64,000 nt of DNA from the NCBI GenBank assembly GCA_944346655.1, contig CALVMP010000001.1, forward strand, positions 2,599 to 66,598, written 5' to 3'. How positions within the stretch are numbered: the stretch's first letter is position 1; every line of letters begins with the position of its first letter. The position numbers and the translations under genes are program-made. The notes below the pieces were generated by a model, which had not been told where the DNA came from, did not search any database, and saw only the letters and a program-made list of their open reading frames with translations. This document shows positions 24,950-34,153 of this stretch, one piece after another. This DNA is from an uncultured Clostridia bacterium (lineage in GTDB: Bacteria > Bacillota > Clostridia > Christensenellales > Borkfalkiaceae).

Positions 24950-26140
24950 ATGGAAAAACTCAGAATAGGCATGCGCGAGGGCAGCAAGTTCGGTACGGAA
25001 CGCACCCGAAGGCTTTTAAACGCCCTCGGCTCGCCCGACAAAAAACTTAAAATAATCCACGTGGCAGGCTCCAACGGCAAGGGCTCGGTGTGCGCCATGC
25101 TCACCTCAATCCTCGTTGCCGCAGGCAAAAGGACGGGCACCTTCACCTCGCCCTTTGTCTTTGACCCGCGCGGGCAGTTCTGCATAGACAGCTCCCCCGC
25201 GGACATGTTAGCTTTAAAGGCGGCAGCCGCGGAAGTTTCATGCGCGGCAGAGGATTTGCCGGACAGCCCCTCCGAATTTGAGAAGGACGTCGCAACAGCC
25301 CTCGCCCTCTTCGCCGGGGAGGGGTGCGAATACTGCGTTCTGGAGTGCGGTCTCGGCGGACTGTACGACGCAACCAACGCGATACGCAAAAAGAAACTCG
25401 CAATAATTACTTCTGTTTCCCTCGAGCACACCGACGTCTTGGGCGCCGATATAATGGATATCTGTCGCCACAAAGGGGGAATAATAAACGGGTGCCCGGC
25501 GCTCGTCCCCTCCAATCTCCCCAAGGAGGCGGAGGAGTATTTTGTCTCCCTCGGCGCAACCGTGGTTGGAGCTCCGCAGAACATAACCCTTTCGGAGGAG
25601 GGCACGGCGTTCACCTTCGGCGGCTCTGCATACTTCACCCCTCTATTCGGGGAGGAACAGGCGTACAACGCAACTCTTTCCATCTCCGCCGCCCGCATGC
25701 TCGGCTTAGGTCAAAAGGAGGTTTCTGCGGGACTGGCGCGAACGTCCTTAAACGGCAGGGTTCAGACGGTGAAAAGGGGAGGTACAACCTATATTCTCGA
25801 CGGCTCGCACAATCCTGCCGCGTTCGCTCCTCTTCTGCAAAGGCTCGCGTTCGAAAGCGGGCAAAAGACGCTCGTCTACACCTGCCTTTCGGATAAGCAT
25901 GTAAAGGAGTGCGCAGCCATTCTCGCGCCGGCCTTCGCCGAAATTATTTTAACGCCCGCGCCCAGCATCCGGGCAATGGATATAAACATGGTCGAAGAGG
26001 CGTTTTTACCCTACAAAAATGTGCGCTCGTGTGCGGATATCCCTTCGGCATTGGCGCAGGCAACATATAAAACGGTCGTCGTCTGCGGCTCGTTCACACC
26101 CTTAAAGGAGGCTTTGGATTGGATAGAACAAAGGCAATAA
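24950..26140 (+). CDS. folC: bifunctional folylpolyglutamate synthase / dihydrofolate synthase
   Basis: Contains the P-loop HVAGSNGKGS and the Mur-ligase motif LECGLGGLYDATN. The start is set at ATG 24950, after the leader terminator. Confidence 0.85.
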   Translation: MEKLRIGMREGSKFGTERTRRLLNALGSPDKKLKIIHVAGSNGKGSVCAMLTSILVAAGKRTGTFTSPFVFDPRGQFCIDSSPADMLALKAAAAEVSCAAEDLPDSPSEFEKDVATALALFAGEGCEYCVLECGLGGLYDATNAIRKKKLAIITSVSLEHTDVLGADIMDICRHKGGIINGCPALVPSNLPKEAEEYFVSLGATVVGAPQNITLSEEGTAFTFGGSAYFTPLFGEEQAYNATLSISAARMLGLGQKEVSAGLARTSLNGRVQTVKRGGTTYILDGSHNPAAFAPLLQRLAFESGQKTLVYTCLSDKHVKECAAILAPAFAEIILTPAPSIRAMDINMVEEAFLPYKNVRSCADIPSALAQATYKTVVVCGSFTPLKEALDWIEQRQ

Positions 26141-26664
26141 AGGCAATTGAAGATTTGCTCGACGCCCTCGGCGAGGACAAGGAGAGGGAGGGACTCAAGG
26201 ACACTCCGAGAAGGGTTGCCGACATGTACGCCCAGCTCCTTTCGGGCATGAACAGAACGGCTGAAGAGGAGCTTTCAAAAACCTTTTCCGTAGAGGGCGG
26301 CGACATGGTCATTGAAAAGGATATTTCCTTCTCGTCCATGTGCGAGCACCATTTAATGCCCTTCTTCGGCAGAATCGCCATAGCGTACATTCCCGATAAA
26401 AAGGTGGTGGGGCTTTCAAAGCTCGCCCGCTGCGTCGATATCTGCGCCGCGCGGCTCCAGCTCCAGGAACAGCTCACCCGCCAGATAGCCGAAGAGATCA
26501 TGAAATATCTCGCACCCAAGGGCGTTCTTGTCTGGTGCGAGGCGGAGCACACCTGCATGACATGCCGCGGCGTAAAAAAGGCGGGCAGCAAAACGGTGTC
26601 TTATGTCACCCTCGGCAACTTCCCCGAAAATAAAAAAGCCGAAGTTTTAGCCCTCGTAAAATGA
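26119..26664 (+). CDS. folE: GTP cyclohydrolase I
   Basis: Contains GLKDTPRRVADMY, SMCEHHLMPFFG and QLQEQLT. Confidence 0.93.
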   Translation: MDRTKAIKAIEDLLDALGEDKEREGLKDTPRRVADMYAQLLSGMNRTAEEELSKTFSVEGGDMVIEKDISFSSMCEHHLMPFFGRIAIAYIPDKKVVGLSKLARCVDICAARLQLQEQLTRQIAEEIMKYLAPKGVLVWCEAEHTCMTCRGVKKAGSKTVSYVTLGNFPENKKAEVLALVK

Positions 26665-27440
26665 TTATAGGCAATAAAGTTTTTAAAGATTATACCTACG
26701 TAATGGCTATAATCAACCTCACGCCCGACTCCTTCTGGGCGGGCAGCCGCGCCATGTCCGACGCCGCCCTCTCTGCCTGCGAACGTGCGGTCAAGGAGGG
26801 GGCGGACGTTTTAGACCTCGGCGCCCAGTCCACCCGCCCCGGGTATGCGGAAGTTTCGCCCGAAGAGGAGCTTGCCCGCCTCGAAAAGCCCCTCTCTGCA
26901 ATTGTAAAGCAGTTCGGCGTGCCAGTCTCTGTCGACACGTATTTTCCCGAAGTCGCCAAAGCCGCGCTTGAAATTGGTGCGGACATGATAAACGATATAT
27001 GGGGGTTTACGCGCGGCAATATGGCTGAAGTAATTGCAAAACACGGCGCCTCCGCATGCATAATGCACAACAGTCATACACAGGTTTCGGGCGACGTGGT
27101 AAGCAGCGTTTGTTCGTTTTTGGAAAGACGGGCGAAAGTTGCCGTTGCCGCGGGAATATCCCCCGACAAAATACTTTTAGACGGCGGAATCGGTTTTGCA
27201 AAATCACGGGAGCAGAACCTCGAACTTTTAAATAATTACGCAAAGCTAAAGAGCGCCGGCTATCCCTTGCTTTTAGGGCACAGCCGCAAGTCGCTCTTCG
27301 TCGGAAGAGTTGAGGACAGGCTCCCCCAAACGCTCGCGGCAACATATGCAGCCGCCCGCTCGGGCGTGCTCTTCGTGCGCGTGCACGACGTAAAGCAAAA
27401 CAAGGAGGAAATAAAGAAAGCATATGAAAATCGAAATTAA
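26661..27440 (+). CDS. folP: dihydropteroate synthase
   Basis: Contains INLTPDSFW, DLGAQSTRPG, SVDTYFPEVA, INDIWG and LLGHSRKS. Confidence 0.93.
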   Translation: MIIGNKVFKDYTYVMAIINLTPDSFWAGSRAMSDAALSACERAVKEGADVLDLGAQSTRPGYAEVSPEEELARLEKPLSAIVKQFGVPVSVDTYFPEVAKAALEIGADMINDIWGFTRGNMAEVIAKHGASACIMHNSHTQVSGDVVSSVCSFLERRAKVAVAAGISPDKILLDGGIGFAKSREQNLELLNNYAKLKSAGYPLLLGHSRKSLFVGRVEDRLPQTLAATYAAARSGVLFVRVHDVKQNKEEIKKAYENRN

Positions 27441-28218
27441 CGGTCTCGAGGTCATCGCTGCGCACGGCGTCCGCCCCGAAGAAAAAGTAACCCCCCAGCC
27501 CTTCCTGTTCGACATCTCTTTGGAAGCCGACTGCGAGGAGGCGGCGCTCGTCGACGACGTAAACAAAACCGTAAACTATTCCGCCGTCTGCGAAAAGGTG
27601 CTTAAAGTTGCGACGGCAAAGAGCTACAATCTCATCGAAGCCCTCGCCCGCGAGTGCGCGTTTTCCATAATGGAAAGCTTCCCCGCCGTAACTTCGGCAA
27701 CAGTTAAGGTGAGCAAGCCCAAGGCGCCTGTAAAGGCGGTGTTTTCAAACATCTCCGTAACTTATTTTGCAGAGCGCAACACCGTCTACCTTTCCCTCGG
27801 TTCGAGCGTGGGCGACAGGGAGCGCACGATAAAGTCAGCCGTGCAGAAACTTTCAGCCCTCCGCGGAGTAAAGGTCTTACGCACGTCCTCCATGATAAAA
27901 ACCCGGCCCGAAGGCGGAGTTGCCAAAAACGAGTTTGTAAACTGCGCGGTCGAAATTTCCACCTTCCTCACGCCCCGCGCCCTGCTCGAAAAAATTCACA
28001 ACATAGAAAACCACCTCGGCAGGGTCAGAAGCCAAAGGTGGGCTGACAGGACTATTGATATCGATATAATCTTCTTCGGCGATAAAGTCATCTCGGAGGA
28101 CGGTCTCGGCATACCCCACCCGAGGTATATGGAAAGGTCTTTTGTAACGCAGCCCTTGAAGGAGCTCTGCCCCGAGAAGGTGTGCCCGCTCACCGATATT
28201 GCCGTAAAAGACATGTAA
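27424..28218 (+). CDS. folB/folK: fused dihydroneopterin aldolase / 2-amino-4-hydroxy-6-hydroxymethyldihydropteridine pyrophosphokinase
   Basis: The N-terminal FolB part contains GLEVIAAHGVRPEEKVTPQPFLFD. The C-terminal HPPK part contains YLSLGSSVGDR, WADRTIDIDIIFFGD and IPHPRYMERSFV. Confidence 0.9.
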   Translation: MKIEINGLEVIAAHGVRPEEKVTPQPFLFDISLEADCEEAALVDDVNKTVNYSAVCEKVLKVATAKSYNLIEALARECAFSIMESFPAVTSATVKVSKPKAPVKAVFSNISVTYFAERNTVYLSLGSSVGDRERTIKSAVQKLSALRGVKVLRTSSMIKTRPEGGVAKNEFVNCAVEISTFLTPRALLEKIHNIENHLGRVRSQRWADRTIDIDIIFFGDKVISEDGLGIPHPRYMERSFVTQPLKELCPEKVCPLTDIAVKDM

Positions 28219-28261
28219 GGCGCCGTTTTAAATTGCCCGAAAAAAATCTGCGTAAAAATTT

Positions 28262-28287
28262 TTTGTGCAATATGCACAAATTTTTTT
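28262..28287 (+). terminator. possible terminator of the folate operon
   Basis: Stem TTTGTGCA-ATA-TGCACAAA (8 bp) followed by T7. The stem is AT-rich and therefore weak. Confidence 0.4.
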
Positions 28288-28295
28288 AAAATCTC

Positions 28296-28324
28296 TATAC
28301 AAAACAGCTTTGCTGTGGTATAAT
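28296..28324 (+). promoter_or_regulatory. ppx promoter (extended -10 TGGTATAAT)
   Basis: TATACA at 28296-28301, a 17-nt spacer, then TGG-TATAAT at 28316-28324. Confidence 0.55.
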
Positions 28325-28448
28325 TCCACATAGTGGAAAGAATGTTTTTTTGTGCAAAAGAGAGAGCTTTTGTCGCATAAAAAACGCAAATACGGCGTTT
28401 TCGGCGCCGCAGGCATACTTAAAGACAATCGTCAAGGAAGTGTAAAAA

Positions 28449-29963
28449 TTGGAAAAAATCGGCATTATCGATCTCGGATCAAACTCCGCCCGTCTCGTCA
28501 TCGTAAATCTTTTTGCTGACGGCTATTTCATGGTCATGGACGAACTCAAAGAGAGCGTCCGTCTGGGTCAGGACATGGAGCGCGACGGCTTTTTAAAGCC
28601 CCAGCGCGTGGCGGAAACAATCAAAACTTTAAGAATGTTCAAAAAACTCTGTGATGCAAGCGGCGTAACGCGCATTATCGCCGTTGCCACGGAGGCTGTG
28701 CGCCGTGCAAAGAACCAGCGTTCCTTCCTCGATGAAATCCAGGCAAGCTGCGGCATAAAAATCCGCGTACTCACCGCCGAGGAGGAGGCTACTTACGTCT
28801 ACCGCGGCGTTATAAATTCCATGGATATCCCCAAGGGCATAATCCTTGAAATCGGCGGCGGAGCGACAAAAATCGTATACTATAACCGCCGCAATATGCT
28901 CAACTACGCAACTCTGCCCTTCGGCGCGGTCACTTTAACCGACCTGTTTTCCCACGACGGCTTAAAGCCCGAGGAGCAGGCGGAAAAGATGGAGCAGTTC
29001 TTCACCGAGCAGCTGAAAGGTCTCGAGTGGCTCACCCAGCTCGACCCCGACGTGCAGATGATAGGCGTGGGCGGGTCCTTCCGCAATCTCTTTAAAATAA
29101 GCAAAATCGTGCACAAATATCCCATGGATACGGTGCACAATTTCAACATGCAGGCGGAAGATTTCTTCCCGCTGTACGACATGATAAAGGTCCTCGACCT
29201 CGACAAAAAGAAGAAGATAAAGGGTCTTTCCGCCGAGCGTGCCGACATTCTGCCCGCGGCGCTCGCAATAATAAAGTCGTTCATAACCTATCTCAACCTC
29301 AACTCTTTCACCATTTCGGGCTCGGGACTAAGGGAGGGTATAATGTTCAACCAGGCGCTTCCCGTCACGGTTGAAAAGCCCGTCTCCGATGTTATGAACT
29401 ACTCCTTAACCACCCTTGTAAAGTACTACGATTGCGACGAAAAGCACGTGGAGCACGTGGTAAACCTCTCCATACAGCTCTTCAAGCAGCTGCGCGTTCT
29501 GCACAAGTTCCCCCGCCAGTATCTCAAGGTGTTAAAGGTTGCAGCCATGCTGCACGACTGCGGCATGCGCATAAAGTATTACAATCACCAGCGCCACAGC
29601 TGTTATATGATTTTAAACTCTACCCTCTACGGCGTAAGCCACCGGGAAATAGTTCTCGCGGCGTTCACGGCGTGCTGCCACAAAAAGGAGGACATCAACC
29701 CCTACGACTGGGCGCGCTACCGCGACATTCTGCACGAGGACGACATCGAAATCGTAAAGCGCCTCGGCGTAATGCTGAGGATAGCCGAAAGTCTCGACAG
29801 GTCAAACTCGGGCACCATAAAGGGCATCAACTGCGACATTTTAGGCGACTCCGTTATAATGAAAACGGAGGTGGAGGGCGACGCCTCTCTCGAAATCCGC
29901 GACGCCATGGCGGCGGGCGCTGAGTTCAGAAAGGCATTCCGCAAGAACCTCGAAATACTTTAA
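28449..29963 (+). CDS. ppx: Ppx/GppA family exopolyphosphatase / guanosine pentaphosphate phosphohydrolase with HD domain
   Basis: TTG start. Contains IIDLGSNSARLVIV, ATEAVRRAKN and EIGGGATK, and a C-terminal HD-like LHDCGM. Confidence 0.85.
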   Translation: MEKIGIIDLGSNSARLVIVNLFADGYFMVMDELKESVRLGQDMERDGFLKPQRVAETIKTLRMFKKLCDASGVTRIIAVATEAVRRAKNQRSFLDEIQASCGIKIRVLTAEEEATYVYRGVINSMDIPKGIILEIGGGATKIVYYNRRNMLNYATLPFGAVTLTDLFSHDGLKPEEQAEKMEQFFTEQLKGLEWLTQLDPDVQMIGVGGSFRNLFKISKIVHKYPMDTVHNFNMQAEDFFPLYDMIKVLDLDKKKKIKGLSAERADILPAALAIIKSFITYLNLNSFTISGSGLREGIMFNQALPVTVEKPVSDVMNYSLTTLVKYYDCDEKHVEHVVNLSIQLFKQLRVLHKFPRQYLKVLKVAAMLHDCGMRIKYYNHQRHSCYMILNSTLYGVSHREIVLAAFTACCHKKEDINPYDWARYRDILHEDDIEIVKRLGVMLRIAESLDRSNSGTIKGINCDILGDSVIMKTEVEGDASLEIRDAMAAGAEFRKAFRKNLEIL

Positions 29964-29970
29964 CCGACCC

Positions 29971-30005
29971 TGCCGCCATGCACATGGCGGCATATTAATT
30001 TTTTC
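29971..30005 (+). terminator. rho-independent terminator
   Basis: Stem TGCCGCCATG / CATGGCGGCA followed by TATTAATTTTTT. Confidence 0.7.
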
Positions 30006-30007
30006 AA

Positions 30008-30556
30008 ATGATAATTCTTGCCTCGGCGTCTCCCAGAAGGCGCGAACTTTTAAAACAGATCGTACCCCGCTTCGAGGTCGTCCCCGCTGCGGGCGAAGAG
30101 CAGGTCAATTTATCCCTCTTCCCCGAACAGACAGCCTGCGCCCTCGCCGAGCACAAGTGCGACGAAGTTTTTTTATCGCATCCCGAAGATACCGTCATCG
30201 GGTGCGACACTATAGTCGTGTTCGAAGGCGAAATTTTAGGCAAGCCGAAAAACAGGGATGACGCCGCCCGCACCCTGCGCCGGCTTTCGGGTAAGACGCA
30301 CTTTGTCATAACCGGGGTGTGCGTGCGCAGTCCCCGCAAAAAAATAATAAAATGCGAAAAGACCGAGGTCCGCTTTAACAACCTTTCGGAGGATTTTATA
30401 AAAATTTACGTCGACGGCGGCTCCCCTCTCGACAAGGCGGGCAGCTACGGCATTCAGGACGAGGGCGTCGTCAAGGAGTACTTCGGCAGCTACACAAACG
30501 TCGTCGGGCTCCCCGTAAGCCTCGTAAAAGACATGCTGGAGAGTGTTATGCAATGA
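30008..30556 (+). CDS. maf: Maf-like nucleoside triphosphate pyrophosphatase
   Basis: Contains ILASASPRRRELL, IGCDTIV and GSYGIQ. Confidence 0.9.
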   Translation: MIILASASPRRRELLKQIVPRFEVVPAAGEEQVNLSLFPEQTACALAEHKCDEVFLSHPEDTVIGCDTIVVFEGEILGKPKNRDDAARTLRRLSGKTHFVITGVCVRSPRKKIIKCEKTEVRFNNLSEDFIKIYVDGGSPLDKAGSYGIQDEGVVKEYFGSYTNVVGLPVSLVKDMLESVMQ

Positions 30557-31554
30557 TAAGACTGGCAATTGACATTGGTTCCTATCAGACTAAAATTTAT
30601 ATGCCCGGCTGCGGAGTGGTGCTTGCTGAGTCCACCTGCGTCGCCGTGGAGGAGGGCGCGGACGGGCTGACCGTAAAAGCCTTCGGCGACAGGGCAAGGG
30701 CGCTCTCCGGAAAGTCAGCCCGCAACACCCGCATTGTAAATCCCGTAAGGGAGGGCGACATTGTCCGCCCCGAGCTCTTGGCGGAACTTCTTTTATATTT
30801 TTTCGAAAAAATTGAAATTCCCCGCCGCAAGATAAAAACCTGCGAGGTCATGTTCCTTCTGCCCTGCGGGGCGGGGGAGGAGCTGAGGGAAAAATATCTC
30901 GACCTTTCCTACGACGTCGGCATAGGCAGAACCTGCTTTACCTTCACGCCATTTGCCGCAGTGCTCGGTCACAACGTTTCCCTCTCCGAAACCGTGCCCG
31001 TGTTCTGCCTCGATATAGGTTACGGAATAACCAACATAGCCGCAGTCTCCCTCGACGGCATAATTTCGGGGCTCTCTGTAAATCTCGGCGGCGGAAATAT
31101 AGACGTCTCCGTAATAGATTTCATGGCTGAAGAACACAAACTCAAAATAGGTACTCTCACCGCCGAGCGTATAAAAAACGTGGTGGGCAGCCTTCTTGAG
31201 GACGACAACAAGATGATGGTCGCCGACGGGCGCTCCGCAGAGGACGGTTCGCCAATGTCCGCGGCGGTAAATTCCTCGGCGATAGAGGGAGTCATCGCTC
31301 TCTACGTCGACAAAATTTTAGAATACGTAAACATTGTCATAAAGGATCTCCCCGCCGAGGTCGTTCCCTCGGTAATGCACGGCGGTGTGTACCTCTCCGG
31401 CGGGCTTGCAAAACTCGACGGCCTTGCCGAGTATATCTCCAAAAAACTGGGCGTGCCCGTAAACCAGAGCCCCGAACCCAGCCTCTGCGCCGTAATGGGG
31501 TGCGGCATGATACTTTCAAGCGACTATCTCCGCGCAGCTCTCGCCACAAGCTGA
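30553..31554 (+). CDS. divergent MreB/Mbl-like actin-family protein
   Basis: Has DIGSYQTKIY in place of the canonical DLGTANT. Also contains VKAFGDRARALSGK, NPVREGDIVRPELL, LDIGYGITNIA and GGVYLSGGLAKLDGL. It overlaps maf by 4 nt. Confidence 0.7.
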   Translation: MIRLAIDIGSYQTKIYMPGCGVVLAESTCVAVEEGADGLTVKAFGDRARALSGKSARNTRIVNPVREGDIVRPELLAELLLYFFEKIEIPRRKIKTCEVMFLLPCGAGEELREKYLDLSYDVGIGRTCFTFTPFAAVLGHNVSLSETVPVFCLDIGYGITNIAAVSLDGIISGLSVNLGGGNIDVSVIDFMAEEHKLKIGTLTAERIKNVVGSLLEDDNKMMVADGRSAEDGSPMSAAVNSSAIEGVIALYVDKILEYVNIVIKDLPAEVVPSVMHGGVYLSGGLAKLDGLAEYISKKLGVPVNQSPEPSLCAVMGCGMILSSDYLRAALATS

Positions 31555-31580
31555 GCGGGTTTTAAAGGAGGATCCCCGAA

Positions 31581-33500
31581 ATGGATTCTGCTACAATTTA
31601 TTTTTCAATCGGCTTTGATGCCTGCGCTATGATTATAGTGGCGGTTATAATGGTCAACTATTACACCATTAAGCGCATTTACACCAGAACCGAAAAGCTC
31701 TTCCAGCTGCTCATGGGCACGCTGCTTCTTTCCGCTCTCCTGAACATGGCATATGTATCGGCTTACGCCTTCAATCTCGGGGAGCGCATTCCCGCATTGT
31801 ACTATTTCATAGTCATGCTAATGGTAATCGGCACGCACAGCGTGGGCATATTCTTTATGCTGTACGTCGTGTCGGAATGCTACGAAAACAGACCGCTCCC
31901 AAGGAACTTCATGTACATAGCCGTCGGCATAATCTGCGCAATAGGCGCCGCCGTGGCGGTCTACGGCTGCCTGTTCGGTATGGGGCTCGACACTTCCGCC
32001 CTGCTCGTCATAATGTATGCCGAACATTATGCCGCTCTCGCCTTAAGCGCGGCATATGTATATGTCAATCGTAAAATTATCAGCCGCCGCAAGCAGGCAA
32101 ACATCATTCTGTTCATTGCGTTCAACGTGCTTGCGACAATTTTGCAGTTTATCGTGCAGGCTCAGGTTACCGCCTTTGCCGAAGCCGTTGCGGTCATGCT
32201 CATCTATGCAACCCTGCGCAATCCCAAGGACGTCATAGACCCACTCACCCAGCAGTTCAACATGCAGGCGTTCAAGGATTTTGCCAGGCGCTTCATTGCA
32301 TCGCGGCGCAAATTTATACTTTTTATAACCAACTTCCGCAACTACGGCGCAATAACGGCTATCTGGGGTCAGCGCGCCGAAGAACTCATCTGCGAAAAGG
32401 CGCGCAGGCTCAAGGGCGCGGTTAAAAAGTCCATATATGTATACCGCCTCGCCGACGCCCGCTTTGCCATAATGTTCAGCGGGGAAGCGGAATTTGAAGA
32501 GTTCAGGCAAAAGTATCTCGAACTTTTAAAACAGCCGTACAAAATAGGCGAAACCGTCGTTCCCGCCGAGAACATCGCCATGGCGATAAGATTTCCCGAG
32601 GTCGCCTCCAAGTACAACGACATCGAATCTATAATCAAATTCTACCGCGACAATTACGGCGGCAATGAGCCCGTCTACGAAGCCTCGCGCGAGGCTATCG
32701 AACAGGTAGAGCGGCGCGAAAAAGTGGACTATGCCATTCAAAGGGCAATAAGGCTGCATTCTTTCCAGGTCTACTATCAGCCCATCTACGACTTAAAAGC
32801 CAAAAAGTTCACCTGTTGCGAAGCCCTCGTAAGGCTAAAGGACGACGAGCTGGGTTTTATTCCGCCCGACGAATTTATTCCCCAGGCGGAACAAAACGGA
32901 ACCATAATAGAAGTGGGCAGACAGGTAGTGGAGGAGGTATGTTCCTTCGTCAAACACTGCAAACCCGAGACCCTCGGCATAGACTTTATCGACGTCAATC
33001 TCTCTATCATTCAATGCCTCCAGCCCGACGTTATTGAGGATATTAAGGGTATTCTCAAGGACTACGATGTGCCGCGCGGCATGGTCAATCTCGAAATTAC
33101 CGAAACCGCCTCGGCAAAGTCCTACGCCATTTTGCAGCAGCGGCTCGACGAGCTTCACTCCAACGGATTCACAATCTCCCTCGACGACTTCGGCACGGGC
33201 TTTTCGTCGGTAGAGTTTTTAATCAACTTCCCCTTCGACATAGTAAAGCTCGACCGCTCGCTCGTATGGGCATACATGAAGGAGGACAAGTACGAACCCA
33301 TTCTGCAGCACTACATGCCCATGCTCCACAGCCTCGGCACAAAAATCGTGGCGGAGGGCGTCGAAACGCAGGAGATGGTAAAAGCCCTCGACGGGCTCGG
33401 CTGCGACTACCTTCAGGGCTATTACTATTCCCGTCCTATGCCTAAGGAGGACTTTATAAACTTTTTAAAGGAGAGGCAGACCCCCTCGGCGGAAAACTGA
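31581..33500 (+). CDS. membrane-anchored c-di-GMP phosphodiesterase (6 TM + degenerate GGDEF + EAL)
   Basis: EAL-domain motifs are present: CEALVRL, NLEITE, DDFGTGFSS, KLDRSL, EGVET and QGYYYSRP. The GGDEF position reads RLADARFA. Confidence 0.85.
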   Translation: MDSATIYFSIGFDACAMIIVAVIMVNYYTIKRIYTRTEKLFQLLMGTLLLSALLNMAYVSAYAFNLGERIPALYYFIVMLMVIGTHSVGIFFMLYVVSECYENRPLPRNFMYIAVGIICAIGAAVAVYGCLFGMGLDTSALLVIMYAEHYAALALSAAYVYVNRKIISRRKQANIILFIAFNVLATILQFIVQAQVTAFAEAVAVMLIYATLRNPKDVIDPLTQQFNMQAFKDFARRFIASRRKFILFITNFRNYGAITAIWGQRAEELICEKARRLKGAVKKSIYVYRLADARFAIMFSGEAEFEEFRQKYLELLKQPYKIGETVVPAENIAMAIRFPEVASKYNDIESIIKFYRDNYGGNEPVYEASREAIEQVERREKVDYAIQRAIRLHSFQVYYQPIYDLKAKKFTCCEALVRLKDDELGFIPPDEFIPQAEQNGTIIEVGRQVVEEVCSFVKHCKPETLGIDFIDVNLSIIQCLQPDVIEDIKGILKDYDVPRGMVNLEITETASAKSYAILQQRLDELHSNGFTISLDDFGTGFSSVEFLINFPFDIVKLDRSLVWAYMKEDKYEPILQHYMPMLHSLGTKIVAEGVETQEMVKALDGLGCDYLQGYYYSRPMPKEDFINFLKERQTPSAEN

Positions 33501-33546
33501 CCGCTTCGGTTCAACAAAGCATATTCCCGCCCCAATCTCCTAAAAA

Positions 33547-33585
33547 ACATATCCCCCGGCATCGTCGGGGGATATGTATATTTTG
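33547..33585 (+). terminator. rho-independent terminator
   Basis: 12-bp stem ACATATCCCCCG / CGGGGGATATGT followed by ATATTTTG. Confidence 0.8.
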
Positions 33586-33616
33586 TGGTAAATCAGAACT
33601 CCGTAATCATACGTAT

Positions 33617-33658
33617 AAAAAAATAACTGCCTCGAGCGCTGAATGAGGCAGTTGTTTT
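33617..33658. terminator. bidirectional hairpin (A7 / T-run flanks), probably terminates the minus-strand XRE transcript
   Basis: A7, then stem AACTGCCTC / GAGGCAGTT, then GTTTT. Confidence 0.65.
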
Positions 33659-33844
33659 AAAATAACTCTGAACTTAGGTTAACCGCCGTGACCGGTTTCG
33701 CCCTTGCTTAATTTAATTATATTCAAACCGCCCGAGTTTGTCAATATATTTTCTCTTTTTTTCCACCTCTTAAATTTAATGCTGCGCAGCCCGTCGGACC
33801 GGGGTATTGATAAAGATAATTTTTTGTATTGAAAAAGATAAATT

Positions 33845-34084
33845 TTAATCGTGCAATAAACTTCTGTCAAACAGAGGCGAGGTGAAAAATTCGGCGAGAC
33901 TCATATCAAAGCCTTCGCAAATGGTGTACAGCGTTTTGATTTTTACAGAACGGCTGCGCTTTTTCTTTATCGAAGTCAATGTCGATTGCGGAACGCCGCT
34001 CTTTTCAAACAGCGCGTATTTTGTCATATTGCGTTCGATGCACAGTTGTTCTATCCGCAGGGCAATCGCGTCCTCTAAAAGCAT
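33845..34084 (-). CDS. XRE-family helix-turn-helix transcriptional regulator (79 aa)
   Basis: Contains RIEQLCIERNMTKYALFEKSGVPQSTLTSIKK, a classic HTH_3 pattern. AAGAGG lies 8 nt before the ATG. Confidence 0.8.
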   Translation of the reverse strand: MLLEDAIALRIEQLCIERNMTKYALFEKSGVPQSTLTSIKKKRSRSVKIKTLYTICEGFDMSLAEFFTSPLFDRSLLHD

Positions 34085-34153
34085 ACTACCAACCTCTTTA
34101 TGTTTTTTGTGAATAAACGGCGCAGCCGAAGGCTGCGCCGTAAGTTTTTGGTT

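Noticed and set aside
24883-25698. 271-aa minus-strand ORF.
   Set aside because: It is antisense to folC. The sequence is Ser/Pro/Ala/Arg-rich with no motif. It is a shadow ORF.
28262-28280. Palindrome TTTGTGCA-ATA-TGCACAAA considered as a Rex/CRP-type operator for ppx.
   Set aside because: It lies about 16 nt upstream of the -35 and is followed by T7. The simpler reading is a weak terminator of the folate operon. I cannot tell the two apart from sequence alone.
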